A DNA stretch of 32,000 bases from Opitutia bacterium KCR 482. Its GTDB lineage: Bacteria > Verrucomicrobiota > Verrucomicrobiia > Opitutales > Intestinicryptomonadaceae. The stretch is from the NCBI GenBank assembly GCA_029269845.2, contig CP149973.1, forward strand, positions 240,001 to 272,000. The letters are read 5' to 3'. The notes under the pieces are model-generated. The model saw nothing but the letters and a program-made list of their open reading frames with translations. It was not told the origin of the DNA and did no database searches. This document shows positions 17,442-26,184 of the stretch, piece after piece. Position 1 is the stretch's first letter; the number at the start of each line of letters is the position of its first letter. The translations under genes and the position numbers were made by a program.

Positions 17442-19031
17442 ATGATGAAGGGAAAAACAATACTCGCCGTTTCGGCGGCAACGCTTGCGTCGGTGCTGTA
17501 CGCAGAAAATTTGGACGTTAAAATAGACACTTCCAAAACATACCAGACAATCGACAACTTCGCCGCCGCGGACGCATGGTGCGGAAACCTTGTCGGACGC
17601 TATTTCGACGACGCGCAAAAAGGGCAAATCGCAAAATGGCTGTTCTCGCAGAAGCTCGGCGCGGACGGAAATCCCGAAGGCATCGGGCTTTCGCTTTGGA
17701 GGGTGAACCTCGGCGGCGGCACGGCGGAACAGGACGGCGCGGACATCTCGCGCTTCCACTACCGCGAAGAGGCGTTCCTCACAAAAGACGGCAGAAACTA
17801 CGACTGGGGCAAATGCGCAGGCCAGCAGTATTTCATGAAAAAGGCAAAGGAATACGGGTGCGATAAATTCCTGCTGTTTTCAAACACCCCGCCCGTTCAC
17901 TGGACGCGCAACGGCAAGGGCTACGGACAACCCGGAGACCCCAAGGCAAACATCAAACCCGACTGCTACGGAAAATTCGCAGACTACATGGCGGACGTCG
18001 CAAAACATTTCCAGGACGGCGGCTACAACATAGCCTACATCAGCCCCATCAACGAGCCGCAAGTCAACTGGGACAGCAACCGTCAGGAAGGCTCTACGTG
18101 GGAATGCTCGCAAATGAAAAAAGTCTTCGTCGAGCTTGACCGCGCAATCACCCAAAAGGGCGTCAAGACGAAAATCCTCATCGGCGAAACCGCCGCCCCC
18201 GCCTACAACTACGCCGAAAGCAGGGCGGGCATGCCCGCGCACTTCAAGAAATCCGCGCCCGAAGAACGCCCGAATTTCATAATCAAAAAATTCTTCGACC
18301 CCAAGAGCAAGTTCTATGTGGGCGACCTCAAAAACATGCCGAAATTCCTCGCGGGGCACAGCTACCACTCGCACAACAAAAACGCCGACATGCGCAAGAC
18401 AAACAGGCTGCTCCGTGCGGAGGCCGAAAAATACGGAATCGGCTTCCAGCAGTCGGAATGGTGCATGCTCGGCTACTTCACGCCGAAAACCCACGAGGGC
18501 CTCACGCCCGACTGGTACAGCGACAACAAAGTGGACGACCAAGTCGCGCTCGTGATGGGCAGGGTCATCTGCTCCGACTTCATCGACTCCAACGCCCTCG
18601 CGTGGGGCTACTGGAAAGGCATGGAGCTTAAAGGCGATAACGCCCTCGTAGGCGTCTATCCCTTCGACGGAATCTTCGAAAAAGGCGGCGTTGCGCGCGC
18701 AAACAAGCTCCTCTGGGCTTTGGGCAATTTCAGCTTCTTCGTGCGCCCCGAATTTAAGAGAATCGAAATGTCGGGCGCGGACAACCTCGACAAGACGGTA
18801 GGCGTCGCGTTCGTTTCGCCAGACGGAAAGCGGATAGTGGCGGTGTTCGTCAACTCCTCTTTCGAATGCGACGACGCCGCACTCTCGCTGCCCGCAGGCT
18901 TCAAAAACGCCCGCGCGGGCGCGTTCCGCACCGACAGAAACTCGGACTTGACAAACCTGAGAATAGACGAGTCCGCACGGAAAATCAAGCTCGCGCCGCG
19001 CTCGATTACGACCGTCGTTTTCGACAGGTAA
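17442..19031 (+). CDS. Secreted glycoside hydrolase, GH30-like
   Basis: Start moved to the ATG at 17442, which has an AAGGAAA ribosome-binding site. Signal peptide MMKGKTILAVSAATLASVLYA. QTIDNFAAADAW, GIGLSLWRVNLGGG, acid/base context YISPINEPQVNW and nucleophile context FQQSEWCML are as in COG5520/GH30 enzymes. C-terminal beta-sandwich. Confidence 0.75.
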   Translation: MMKGKTILAVSAATLASVLYAENLDVKIDTSKTYQTIDNFAAADAWCGNLVGRYFDDAQKGQIAKWLFSQKLGADGNPEGIGLSLWRVNLGGGTAEQDGADISRFHYREEAFLTKDGRNYDWGKCAGQQYFMKKAKEYGCDKFLLFSNTPPVHWTRNGKGYGQPGDPKANIKPDCYGKFADYMADVAKHFQDGGYNIAYISPINEPQVNWDSNRQEGSTWECSQMKKVFVELDRAITQKGVKTKILIGETAAPAYNYAESRAGMPAHFKKSAPEERPNFIIKKFFDPKSKFYVGDLKNMPKFLAGHSYHSHNKNADMRKTNRLLRAEAEKYGIGFQQSEWCMLGYFTPKTHEGLTPDWYSDNKVDDQVALVMGRVICSDFIDSNALAWGYWKGMELKGDNALVGVYPFDGIFEKGGVARANKLLWALGNFSFFVRPEFKRIEMSGADNLDKTVGVAFVSPDGKRIVAVFVNSSFECDDAALSLPAGFKNARAGAFRTDRNSDLTNLRIDESARKIKLAPRSITTVVFDR

Positions 19032-19064
19032 AAATGCGCATTCCAAACGCGCCGAACGGCGGGA

Positions 19065-19089
19065 GGCGGGACAGCCCCCCGCCCTTTTT
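19065..19089 (+). terminator. Probable intrinsic terminator after the GH30-like gene
   Basis: Stem GGCGGG (19065-19070) / CCCGCC (19078-19083) with a 7-nt loop, followed by CTTTTT. Confidence 0.5.
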
Positions 19090-19145
19090 GTCTTGACGCC
19101 CGCGGGCGTTTCAAAAAAATCCGAATCCGCATCTTGTACCCGCTT

Positions 19146-21353
19146 ATGAATAAAACAGTATTTGCATTCGCAGCCGCAGTCGGAGCGTTCGCGCTCTCGT
19201 GCCGCGCAGCCAATTTAACGGAAATCGCCAACGCCGACTTTGAAAGCGGCGACGAAGCCGCCGTGCTTGCCGCGGGCATCGCGCCGTCGCCGAACGTGAA
19301 AATAGTCGGCGGTTCGGACGCAATCGACGGCAAGTATTCCGTAATGGTCTCCGCCCCCGAAAAATCCCACCACCTGGCGATTAAATTCCCCGTGAAAAAC
19401 GGCGCGGTCTACCTCTACGAGCTGAGATACAAGGTCAGGAAAACCGGCAAATACTCGCCGTTTTCGGTGCGGCTTTGCAACCCGAACGGAACGTCAGTAA
19501 AATACTCGGGCGAAGCGCGAGGAGTGAAAATCAAAAACGTCAAGCTCACCGCAAAGGAGGGCTTCAAAGTTCCGTCCGACGGCAAAAGCTACTATTTCAG
19601 GCTCAACGTGCCCTGCGGTTCGGAGGTCGTTTTCGACAACATCAAAATCTACGAAATAATCCCCGACGAAACGAACTCATACCTCTTCGTCGAAAACCAC
19701 GACAAATACGACATCTTTTTCGACAAGACTTTCCCGGGAATGTACTACTCGCCTACGGCGTTCTCGTTCCTCGACCCGCACAGCCCGATTCTCGACATGC
19801 CGAAGGAAAAATTCTTCCCGTTCATCGACAAGTGGGGACAGTACAAATACGCCGACTGGCCGAACAAAATAAAGTCGGACGAAGACCTTGCGAAAGCCCA
19901 CGACGAAGAGGTTGCGCGGTACAAAAAGTTCGGGAAAATTCCGAACCGCGACAAGTACGGCGCGCTCGAAAACTCGTGCGGAGACTTCAAGCCCACGGGG
20001 CGTTTCTGCATCGATAAAGTCGGCGGCAAGTGGATTCTCCGCGCCCCCAACGGCAACCTATTCTGGGCGTTCGGGCTGAACTCGGTCGGCAACTTCGCAT
20101 CGACCGTCGTAGACGGCAGGGAGCACTTCTTCGAAGACATCGACCCGAACAACTGCCCAGCAAAAGACATAAAACTCCTCCGCAAAACGACGCGCCCGAT
20201 TCTCCACTATCCGCCCGAAGAACGCCCGAACGTCTTTATCCATTCGATACGCACTTACGCATGGAAATACGGGCTGAAATCGCGCAACGAAATCTTGGCG
20301 AAAATCAAGGAAATTTCCGACTGGCGCATGAAAAACTGGGGCGTATCGACCTACGGCTGCTGGGCGTTCCCGACCATTCTGGACAACCCTACACACCCCT
20401 ACATTCTCAATACCGACGCCCCCAAGCTTACCTGCGCGTCGCAGAAAATCTGCATTCAGCCCGACCCAGAACAGCGCAAGCTTTTCAGAATGGTTCCCGA
20501 CGTGTGCGACCCGCGTTTCAGAAAAATCGTTGCGGGGGGAGTGGCACGGCTCGCGAAAAAGCTAGACAACGAATTTTGCGTCGGGATTTTCATCGACAAC
20601 GAAATCACCTGGGAAACAAAGGAGGGATACACGACGGAGGCAATCCTCACAAGCCCCGCGACGCAGGCGGCGAAAATCTCGTTCCGCGAATTCCTCAAAA
20701 AACGCTACCCCGAAATCGCCGAGCTTAACGCCGCATGGAACGCAAAATACGCCGACTGGGACGCATTCCTTTCCGAGCGCAAATTCATTCCCGCGACCGA
20801 AAAAGGCAAAAAGGACATCGACGACTTCGACGCCGTCTTCCACGAAAAATACTACAAAATTTGCAGGGAGGAATTGAAAAAAGTATCCCCCGACACGCTC
20901 TACCTCGGCTCGCGCTTCGCATGGCGCAACAAACACGCGCTCAGAGCCGCCGAAAAATACTGCGATGTCGTAAGCTTTAACCTCTACCGCGACACCGTAG
21001 AGAACTTCGACGAAATCAAGGACAAGCCGATAATCGTGGGCGAGTTCAGCTTCTCGCGCTCCGACTATGGGCACTTCTGGAAAGGACCGCGTCAGGTTGC
21101 CAACGGCAAAGACCAAGCCGCCATGTTCGACCACTACATGCGCGGCGCGCTCAAACACCCCAACTTCGTCGGCGCGTGCTGGTTCACCTACGGCGACCAA
21201 CCCACCGCCGCCCGTCCCGACGGCGAAAACGCAGCTTTCGGAGTGGTCGATATTTGCGACACCCCGCACTACGACCTCGTAAGGGCGTTCCGCAAAATTT
21301 CCAAAAAAATGTTCGACATCAGGTTCGGCGACACGGCAAACGCGGGCAAATAG
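19146..21353 (+). CDS. Secreted putative glycoside hydrolase: N-terminal CBM-like beta-sandwich plus clan GH-A (GH42/GH50-like) barrel
   Basis: The ATG at 19146 gives signal peptide MNKTVFAFAAAVGAFALSCRA. The N-terminal region (NADFESGD...VFDNIKIYE) looks like a CBM4/9-type module. The C-terminal part has the GH-A hallmarks GIFIDNEITWE (NE acid/base) and PIIVGEFSF (nucleophile), plus WFTYGDQPTAARPDGENAAFGVVD. The family assignment is from memory of agarase and beta-galactosidase-like proteins and has not been searched. Confidence 0.6.
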   Translation: MNKTVFAFAAAVGAFALSCRAANLTEIANADFESGDEAAVLAAGIAPSPNVKIVGGSDAIDGKYSVMVSAPEKSHHLAIKFPVKNGAVYLYELRYKVRKTGKYSPFSVRLCNPNGTSVKYSGEARGVKIKNVKLTAKEGFKVPSDGKSYYFRLNVPCGSEVVFDNIKIYEIIPDETNSYLFVENHDKYDIFFDKTFPGMYYSPTAFSFLDPHSPILDMPKEKFFPFIDKWGQYKYADWPNKIKSDEDLAKAHDEEVARYKKFGKIPNRDKYGALENSCGDFKPTGRFCIDKVGGKWILRAPNGNLFWAFGLNSVGNFASTVVDGREHFFEDIDPNNCPAKDIKLLRKTTRPILHYPPEERPNVFIHSIRTYAWKYGLKSRNEILAKIKEISDWRMKNWGVSTYGCWAFPTILDNPTHPYILNTDAPKLTCASQKICIQPDPEQRKLFRMVPDVCDPRFRKIVAGGVARLAKKLDNEFCVGIFIDNEITWETKEGYTTEAILTSPATQAAKISFREFLKKRYPEIAELNAAWNAKYADWDAFLSERKFIPATEKGKKDIDDFDAVFHEKYYKICREELKKVSPDTLYLGSRFAWRNKHALRAAEKYCDVVSFNLYRDTVENFDEIKDKPIIVGEFSFSRSDYGHFWKGPRQVANGKDQAAMFDHYMRGALKHPNFVGACWFTYGDQPTAARPDGENAAFGVVDICDTPHYDLVRAFRKISKKMFDIRFGDTANAGK

Positions 21354-21404
21354 CCCGCTCCCTGCCTCTGAAACAAAGCGCGAACATTTCGTCAGCCCCG
21401 CAAA

Positions 21405-21431
21405 ACGCCGCGCTTTCCTGCGGCGTTTTTT
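21405..21431 (+). terminator. Intrinsic terminator after the CBM/GH-A gene
   Basis: Stem ACGCCGC (21405-21411) / GCGGCGT (21420-21426) with an 8-nt loop, followed by a T-run. Confidence 0.65.
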
Positions 21432-21488
21432 GTTTTCCGCAAAGAAAAATCTTGCAACGCAAGAAAAGACTACCATTTTAGTATTCAT

Positions 21489-21944
21489 ATGAATCAAAAA
21501 ATTGAAATAGTCGATTACCGCCCCGAATATAAAGACGATTTCGTAAGACTCAACTAAGACTGGATTTCCGAATATTTCAAAATCGAGGAAGCCGACATAA
21601 AAACTTTCGACGACCCCGAAGCATATATAATCGGGAACGGCGGATTCATATTCTGCGCCCTGCTCGACGGAAAAGTCGCCGGAGTCTGCGCGCTGATGAA
21701 AATGGAAAACAACCCCGTCTACGGCTACGAACTCGCAAAACTCGCCGTCGATAAAAGCGCGCGCGGGCTGGGGCTTGGCGAAAAACTCTGCCGCGCGGCA
21801 ATAGCAAAAGCGAAGTCGCTTGGCAAAAAGCAGATATACATTGAAAGCAACACCCGCCTGAAACCCGCAATCACCCTTTATAAGAAACTCGGATTCCGCG
21901 AAATAAAAGACGGCAAACCTATTTTCGAGCGCGTCGATATTTAG
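21489..21944 (+). pseudogene. GNAT-family N-acetyltransferase interrupted by an in-frame TAA (codon 23)
   Basis: Translating from the ATG at 21489 gives MNQKIEIVDYRPEYKDDFVRLN*DWISEYFKIEEADIKTFDDPEAYIIGNGGFIFCALLDGKVAGVCALMKMENN...LAVDKSARGLGLGEKLCRAAIAKAKSLGKKQIYIESNTRLKPAITLYKKLGFREI. This is a complete 151-codon GNAT, with motif A RGLGLGEKL, apart from TAA at 21555-21557. The track only reports the 82-aa tail (21696..21944), which is in the same frame. Confidence 0.7.
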
Positions 21945-22195
21945 CTGGCGTTGTAAAAGCGCAAAAACGCGCTACAAGCCGACAATTCCCAAATGTCAAT
22001 CGATTGAGGTGTTGTAAAATTTTTTAAAATCGGCAAAAAAAACTTGCATATCGCCCCGCAGAGGCTATCTCTTGAAACAATAAGGTAGCAGAAAAGGCAA
22101 TTCGGACAAACGCTTTTCGTCCTCTTTTGTTATTTATTCGATTATTTCCCCGAATCACACAAAATTCACAACTATTTAATAGTTAAAAAAATAAA

Positions 22196-23389
22196 ATGAA
22201 TATTCACGAATATCAAGCAAAGGCATTGTTCAAGGAATTCGGTGTTCCGATTCAGGACGGTGTTGCAGTAAAATCCGCCGACGAATTCGAATCGGCAATC
22301 GCGTCTCTCCCCGGCGACCACATCGTCGTAAAGAGCCAAATCCACGCGGGCGGACGCGGCAAGGGCGTCTTCGCGGACGGCTTTCAGGGCGGCGTAAAAT
22401 ACGTTGCGAAGTCGGAAGCTGCGGACATCGCAAAGAAGATGCTCGGCAACACGCTCATCACAAAACAGACCGGCCCGCAGGGCAGAACGGTCGGCACGCT
22501 TTTCTTCGCGGAAGCCGTCGACATCGACAAGGAGTACTACCTCTCGATTCTCGTCGACAGAGCTTCGAGCAAAATCGCAATCGTGGCGTCGGTCGCGGGC
22601 GGCATGGACATCGAAAAAGTCGCGGAGGAAACTCCCGAACAAATCATGACAATGCTCGTAGACCCCGACATCGGTCTGCAACCCTTCCAAGTGCGCAAAC
22701 TCGGCTATTTCTTCGGCTTCGGCGCAAAGGAAATGATGAAACAGTGGTCGGCGGTAATCAAGGGGCTCTACAAGCTCTTCTGGACGAAAGACTGCTCGAT
22801 GGTCGAAGTCAACCCGCTGGTTCTCACAAAGGACGGCAGAATCGTTTGCCTCGACGCGAAAGTCGCTTTCGACGACAACGGACTTTTCCGCCACCCCGAA
22901 GTTCAGGCTCTCCGCGACCCCCACGAAGAAGACCCCAAGGAAATCGAAGCCGGCAAGTACGGCCTCAACTACATCGCGCTCGACGGCAACATCGCGTGCA
23001 TGGTTAACGGCGCGGGCTTGGCAATGTCCACGATGGACATCATCAAATTCTTCGGCGGCAACCCCGCGAACTTCCTCGACGTTGGCGGCGGCGCGAACGA
23101 AGAGGCTATCACGCAGGCGTTCAACATTCTCCTCAAAGACAAAAACGTCAAGGGCATACTCGTGAACATCTTCGGCGGAATCATGAAGTGCGACGTAATC
23201 GCCGCGGGCGTAATCGCGGCGGTAAAGAACGTCGGGCTGAAACTCCCGCTGGTCGTAAGACTCGAAGGCACGAATGTCGAAACGGGCCGCAAGATGCTCG
23301 CCGAAAGCGGCATCAAGCTCACCACGGCTGATTCGCTCGCGGACGCGGCGGAAAAGATTGTAAAAATCGTCGCAGCCGAAAACAAATAA
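22196..23389 (+). CDS. sucC: Succinyl-CoA synthetase (ADP-forming) beta subunit
   Basis: 397 aa. [18 protein letters not shown]..., an ATP-grasp domain, and the C-terminal ligase-CoA domain [30 protein letters not shown]. Confidence 0.95.
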   Translation: MNIHEYQAKALFKEFGVPIQDGVAVKSADEFESAIASLPGDHIVVKSQIHAGGRGKGVFADGFQGGVKYVAKSEAADIAKKMLGNTLITKQTGPQGRTVGTLFFAEAVDIDKEYYLSILVDRASSKIAIVASVAGGMDIEKVAEETPEQIMTMLVDPDIGLQPFQVRKLGYFFGFGAKEMMKQWSAVIKGLYKLFWTKDCSMVEVNPLVLTKDGRIVCLDAKVAFDDNGLFRHPEVQALRDPHEEDPKEIEAGKYGLNYIALDGNIACMVNGAGLAMSTMDIIKFFGGNPANFLDVGGGANEEAITQAFNILLKDKNVKGILVNIFGGIMKCDVIAAGVIAAVKNVGLKLPLVVRLEGTNVETGRKMLAESGIKLTTADSLADAAEKIVKIVAAENK

Positions 23390-23408
23390 CCCCTAAATTT
23401 ATACAACA

Positions 23409-24293
23409 ATGAGCGTACTCGTAAACAAAGATACAAGAGTAGTCGTCAGCGGTATTACCGGCAACACGGGCGCATTCCACACCCGCCAGTGCATGGAATA
23501 CGGCACAAACATCGTTGCGGGCGTGACCCCCGGAAAAGGCGGCCAGCTCTTCGACGAAAAGGTTCCCGTTTTCAACACAATCGCGGAATCGGTAAGCAAG
23601 GAAGGCGCAAACGCATGCGTTATCTACGTTCCGCCGCCGTTCGCAGCCGACGCAATTATCGAGGCTATCGACTCGAAAATCCCGCTTATCATCTGCATTA
23701 CGGAAGGCATTCCGGTTAAGGACATGGCGGTTGTAAAGTCGCGCCTGATGCAGAAAGACTGCGTTTCGCGCCTCATCGGCCCGAACTGCCCCGGCATCAT
23801 CACCCCCGGAGAATGCAAAATCGGCATCATGCCCGGCTACATTCATAAACCCGGCACTGTCGGCGTAGTAAGCCGTTCGGGAACTCTCACATACGAAGCC
23901 GTTTGGCAGCTCACATGCCTCGGATACGGTCAGAGCACCGTTATCGGCATCGGCGGCGACCCCATCAACGGAACGAGCCACCTCGACGCAGTAAAGATGT
24001 TCAACGACGACCCGCAGACGGAAGCAATCGTCATGATTGGCGAAATCGGCGGCAACGGCGAACAAATCGCGGCGGAATGGCTGAAAGAAAACTGCAAAAA
24101 GCCCACGGCTGCGTTCATCGCGGGACGCACGGCACCCAAAGGCCGCAGAATGGGGCACGCAGGCGCAATCGTTTCGGGCAAGTCTGGCGGCGCGGAAGAC
24201 AAAATCAACGCGCTGAAAGCTGCGGGCATCGCGGTTGCGGACACCCCGTCGGTCATCGGCGAAACGCTCCTCAAACACTGGGGCAAAATGTAG
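23409..24293 (+). CDS. sucD: Succinyl-CoA synthetase alpha subunit
   Basis: 294 aa. [44 protein letters not shown], and phosphohistidine context [10 protein letters not shown]. Confidence 0.95.
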   Translation: MSVLVNKDTRVVVSGITGNTGAFHTRQCMEYGTNIVAGVTPGKGGQLFDEKVPVFNTIAESVSKEGANACVIYVPPPFAADAIIEAIDSKIPLIICITEGIPVKDMAVVKSRLMQKDCVSRLIGPNCPGIITPGECKIGIMPGYIHKPGTVGVVSRSGTLTYEAVWQLTCLGYGQSTVIGIGGDPINGTSHLDAVKMFNDDPQTEAIVMIGEIGGNGEQIAAEWLKENCKKPTAAFIAGRTAPKGRRMGHAGAIVSGKSGGAEDKINALKAAGIAVADTPSVIGETLLKHWGKM

Positions 24294-24300
24294 CATACCC

Positions 24301-24368
24301 AAAGCGCGGCGGAACTCCGCCACGCGCTTTTGCAAAAAAACGGCATTCACGCGAATGCCGTTTTTTTT
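24301..24368 (+). terminator. Tandem intrinsic terminators after sucD
   Basis: Hairpin 1 has AAAGCGCG (24301-24308) / CGCGCTTT (24323-24330), with an inner GCGG/CCGC stem. Hairpin 2 has CGGCATTC (24341-24348) / GAATGCCG (24353-24360) and loop ACGC. Hairpin 2 is flanked by A7 and T8 tracts. Confidence 0.7.
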
Positions 24369-24640
24369 GCGCATGCGCGCCGCGCAGCTTAGCCTCTTGC
24401 AAAGAAGCCAAAAAACGACAAAATACAGCAGTCCCGCCCCGCGATACCGCAACCAGACCCAACTGCCGCGCGCCCCGATCCGCGGCGCGCGCCGAATGTG
24501 GATTCGTCCGCCCTCTACGGAAAAAACTACGCCGCCCTATTCCGCAAAATTCCTTTCAAGTTCCGACAAAGCGGCGAATATACTTGAAAAATTTTTCGGG
24601 CGCGGACTTAATTTCGATATATAAATTTACGGTTTACAAA

Positions 24641-26011
24641 ATGGATTTCATGAAAAGATTTTTCGCATTGCTGACGTTCACCGCAGCCGCGCTCGCGTGC
24701 GCGGCGCAACAGGGCGCGACCGCCCAAGCCGCCCAAACCAACGCCGCGCCGCAGGCGGCGCAAGCGGCGGCTCCGCAACCGCAGGCCGCGGCGAAACCCG
24801 CGCAAACCGCCCAAGAGACGCCGAGCGAGCAGCTGCTCGAAAAGCTGAAATCGGACAGCATGACCGATTCGAAAAACCTGCACATGTTCATGCGCGGCAT
24901 CGTAAAATTTACCCGCAACAACATCTCGGAAAAGGCGGCGGACTTCCTCTTGACCAAAGTTTGCGGAATAAGGGTTGTGTCTGTCGTCGCGATTTCCGCT
25001 ACAATAGCGTTTGCGTGGATTTTACAGCACTACATAATAGCTTTTGCGTTCAGCCTGTTCCTGCGAGAGAAAAACGGCAGGACGGTTCGCGACAGCAGGC
25101 GGATTCTTGCGCGTCTGCGCTCGCCCGTATCGTGGTTCGTGATTTTGGTCGCGGGCGATTCCGCCGTTTTGCTTTTGACGAAAAACCCCGACGTGGCGTT
25201 CCTCACCCGCAGGGTTTCGACGGTGCTTTTCTTCTTCCTGCTAAGCTGGGCGTTGAAGATTTTTAGCGACGCCGTGTTCAAAATGCTCGAAGAAAACATG
25301 GCAAAAAAATACGTTGCCGCGAAAAACCTGCTGACGCTCGGCAACCAAATCACGAAATACACAATCTACACGATTTCGTTCCTCGTGATTCTCGACACGC
25401 TGGGGGCAAACATCACGGCGGTGGTCGCGTCTCTGGGTATCGGCGGCGCGGCGTTGGCGTTCGCCTCGAAAGACACAATCGCAAACTTCTTCGGCTCGGT
25501 CTCGCTGATTGTGGACAGACCCTTCATTGTGGGCGACTGGATTACCGCCGCGGGCGTCGAGGGCGTTGTGGAGTTCATCGGCTTCCGTTCCACGCGAATC
25601 AGGACATTCCCGCGTACGGTGGTTTCCATTCCGAACTCGGTTTTGGCGAACGCGACGGTCGAAAACTGGTCGAAGCGCAACAAACGCCGCTACTCGGCGA
25701 CGCTCGGAATGACGTACTCGGCGACGCCCGAACAGATGGAGGCGATTGTGGAGGACATCAAAACGATTCTGCGCAATAATTCGCGCGTGGACCAGTCGGA
25801 CATTCGCGTTAGCTTCTCGGGCTTCGGGGATTCGTCGCTCGACATATCCGTGCTCTACTACCTTTTCGACATTTCGCCGATTCCGTTTGCGGAGGACGTG
25901 CAGAAAATCAATCTGGACATCATGCGGGCGGTGCAAAAGCGCGGGCTGTCTTTCGCGTTCCCGTCGAGGTCGATTTACGTCGAATCCGTCCCGCCGAGCT
26001 TCGGCAAATAA
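24641..26011 (+). CDS. Mechanosensitive ion channel, MscS family
   Basis: Track ORF 23903..26011 trimmed to the ATG at 24641 (MDFMKRFFALLTFTAAALACAAQQ signal-like start). The core GIGGAALAFASKDTIANFFGSVSLIVDRPFIVGDWITAAGVEGVVEFIGFRSTRIRTF...VSIPNSVLANATVENWS is the MscS pore and beta-domain signature. Confidence 0.85.
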   Translation: MDFMKRFFALLTFTAAALACAAQQGATAQAAQTNAAPQAAQAAAPQPQAAAKPAQTAQETPSEQLLEKLKSDSMTDSKNLHMFMRGIVKFTRNNISEKAADFLLTKVCGIRVVSVVAISATIAFAWILQHYIIAFAFSLFLREKNGRTVRDSRRILARLRSPVSWFVILVAGDSAVLLLTKNPDVAFLTRRVSTVLFFFLLSWALKIFSDAVFKMLEENMAKKYVAAKNLLTLGNQITKYTIYTISFLVILDTLGANITAVVASLGIGGAALAFASKDTIANFFGSVSLIVDRPFIVGDWITAAGVEGVVEFIGFRSTRIRTFPRTVVSIPNSVLANATVENWSKRNKRRYSATLGMTYSATPEQMEAIVEDIKTILRNNSRVDQSDIRVSFSGFGDSSLDISVLYYLFDISPIPFAEDVQKINLDIMRAVQKRGLSFAFPSRSIYVESVPPSFGK

Positions 26012-26045
26012 GCGGGTCGCACTTCCCGCCGAACGGCAAATCACG

Positions 26046-26072
26046 AACGCGGACAAAACGTCCGCGTTTTTT
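26046..26072 (+). terminator. Intrinsic terminator after the MscS-family gene
   Basis: Stem AACGCGGAC (26046-26054) / GTCCGCGTT (26060-26068) with loop AAAAC, running into a T6 tract. Confidence 0.7.
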
Positions 26073-26087
26073 GTCGGCGCGGCTGGC

Positions 26088-26104
26088 TAGTAAACAGTTA
26101 ACTA
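26088..26104. promoter_or_regulatory. Putative operator (TAGTAAAC-A-GTTAACTA), related to the LacI-locus palindrome
   Basis: The core GTAAACAGTTAAC matches GTAAACAGTTTAC from 15557-15569 at 12 of 13 positions. 7 of 8 arm positions are self-complementary. The centre lies 89 bp upstream of the GH2-like start codon (26185). Confidence 0.35.
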
Positions 26105-26184
26105 AAAAAGCTTCAAAAAACGCTTCCGTCCGAGCCGAAAGTTTAGGACAATGGGTTTTCGCAAAACAAGACAATTATACTGTG

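Noticed and set aside
22044-22071. Possible sigma-70 promoter for sucCD: TTGCAT, 16 nt spacer, TATCTC
   Set aside because: The -35 element is good. The -10 element lacks the conserved final T and has only 3 of 6 matches. The promoter rules for this organism are unknown, so the support is not strong enough to annotate.
22104-22140. Hairpin-like GGACAAACGCTTTTCGTCC followed by a T-rich tract in the sucC leader (possible attenuator)
   Set aside because: The stem is only 4 bp plus 2 bp with a mismatch. This is too weak to call a terminator or attenuator without transcript data.
24370-24560. Checked the long spacers (24370-24560, 15600-15734, 21945-22195) for tRNA-like or other RNA-gene structure
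   Set aside because: No cloverleaf-compatible arms or GTTCGAATC-type T-loop were found. GGATTCG at about 24510 has no matching stems. No direct-repeat and spacer periodicity indicative of CRISPR was seen anywhere in the window.
23903-24640. N-terminal 246-codon extension of the MscS ORF in the track (23903..26011)
   Set aside because: The extension overlaps sucD in another frame and reads through two terminator hairpins, and its translation is Arg-rich. The ATG at 24641 gives a proper signal-like N-terminus.
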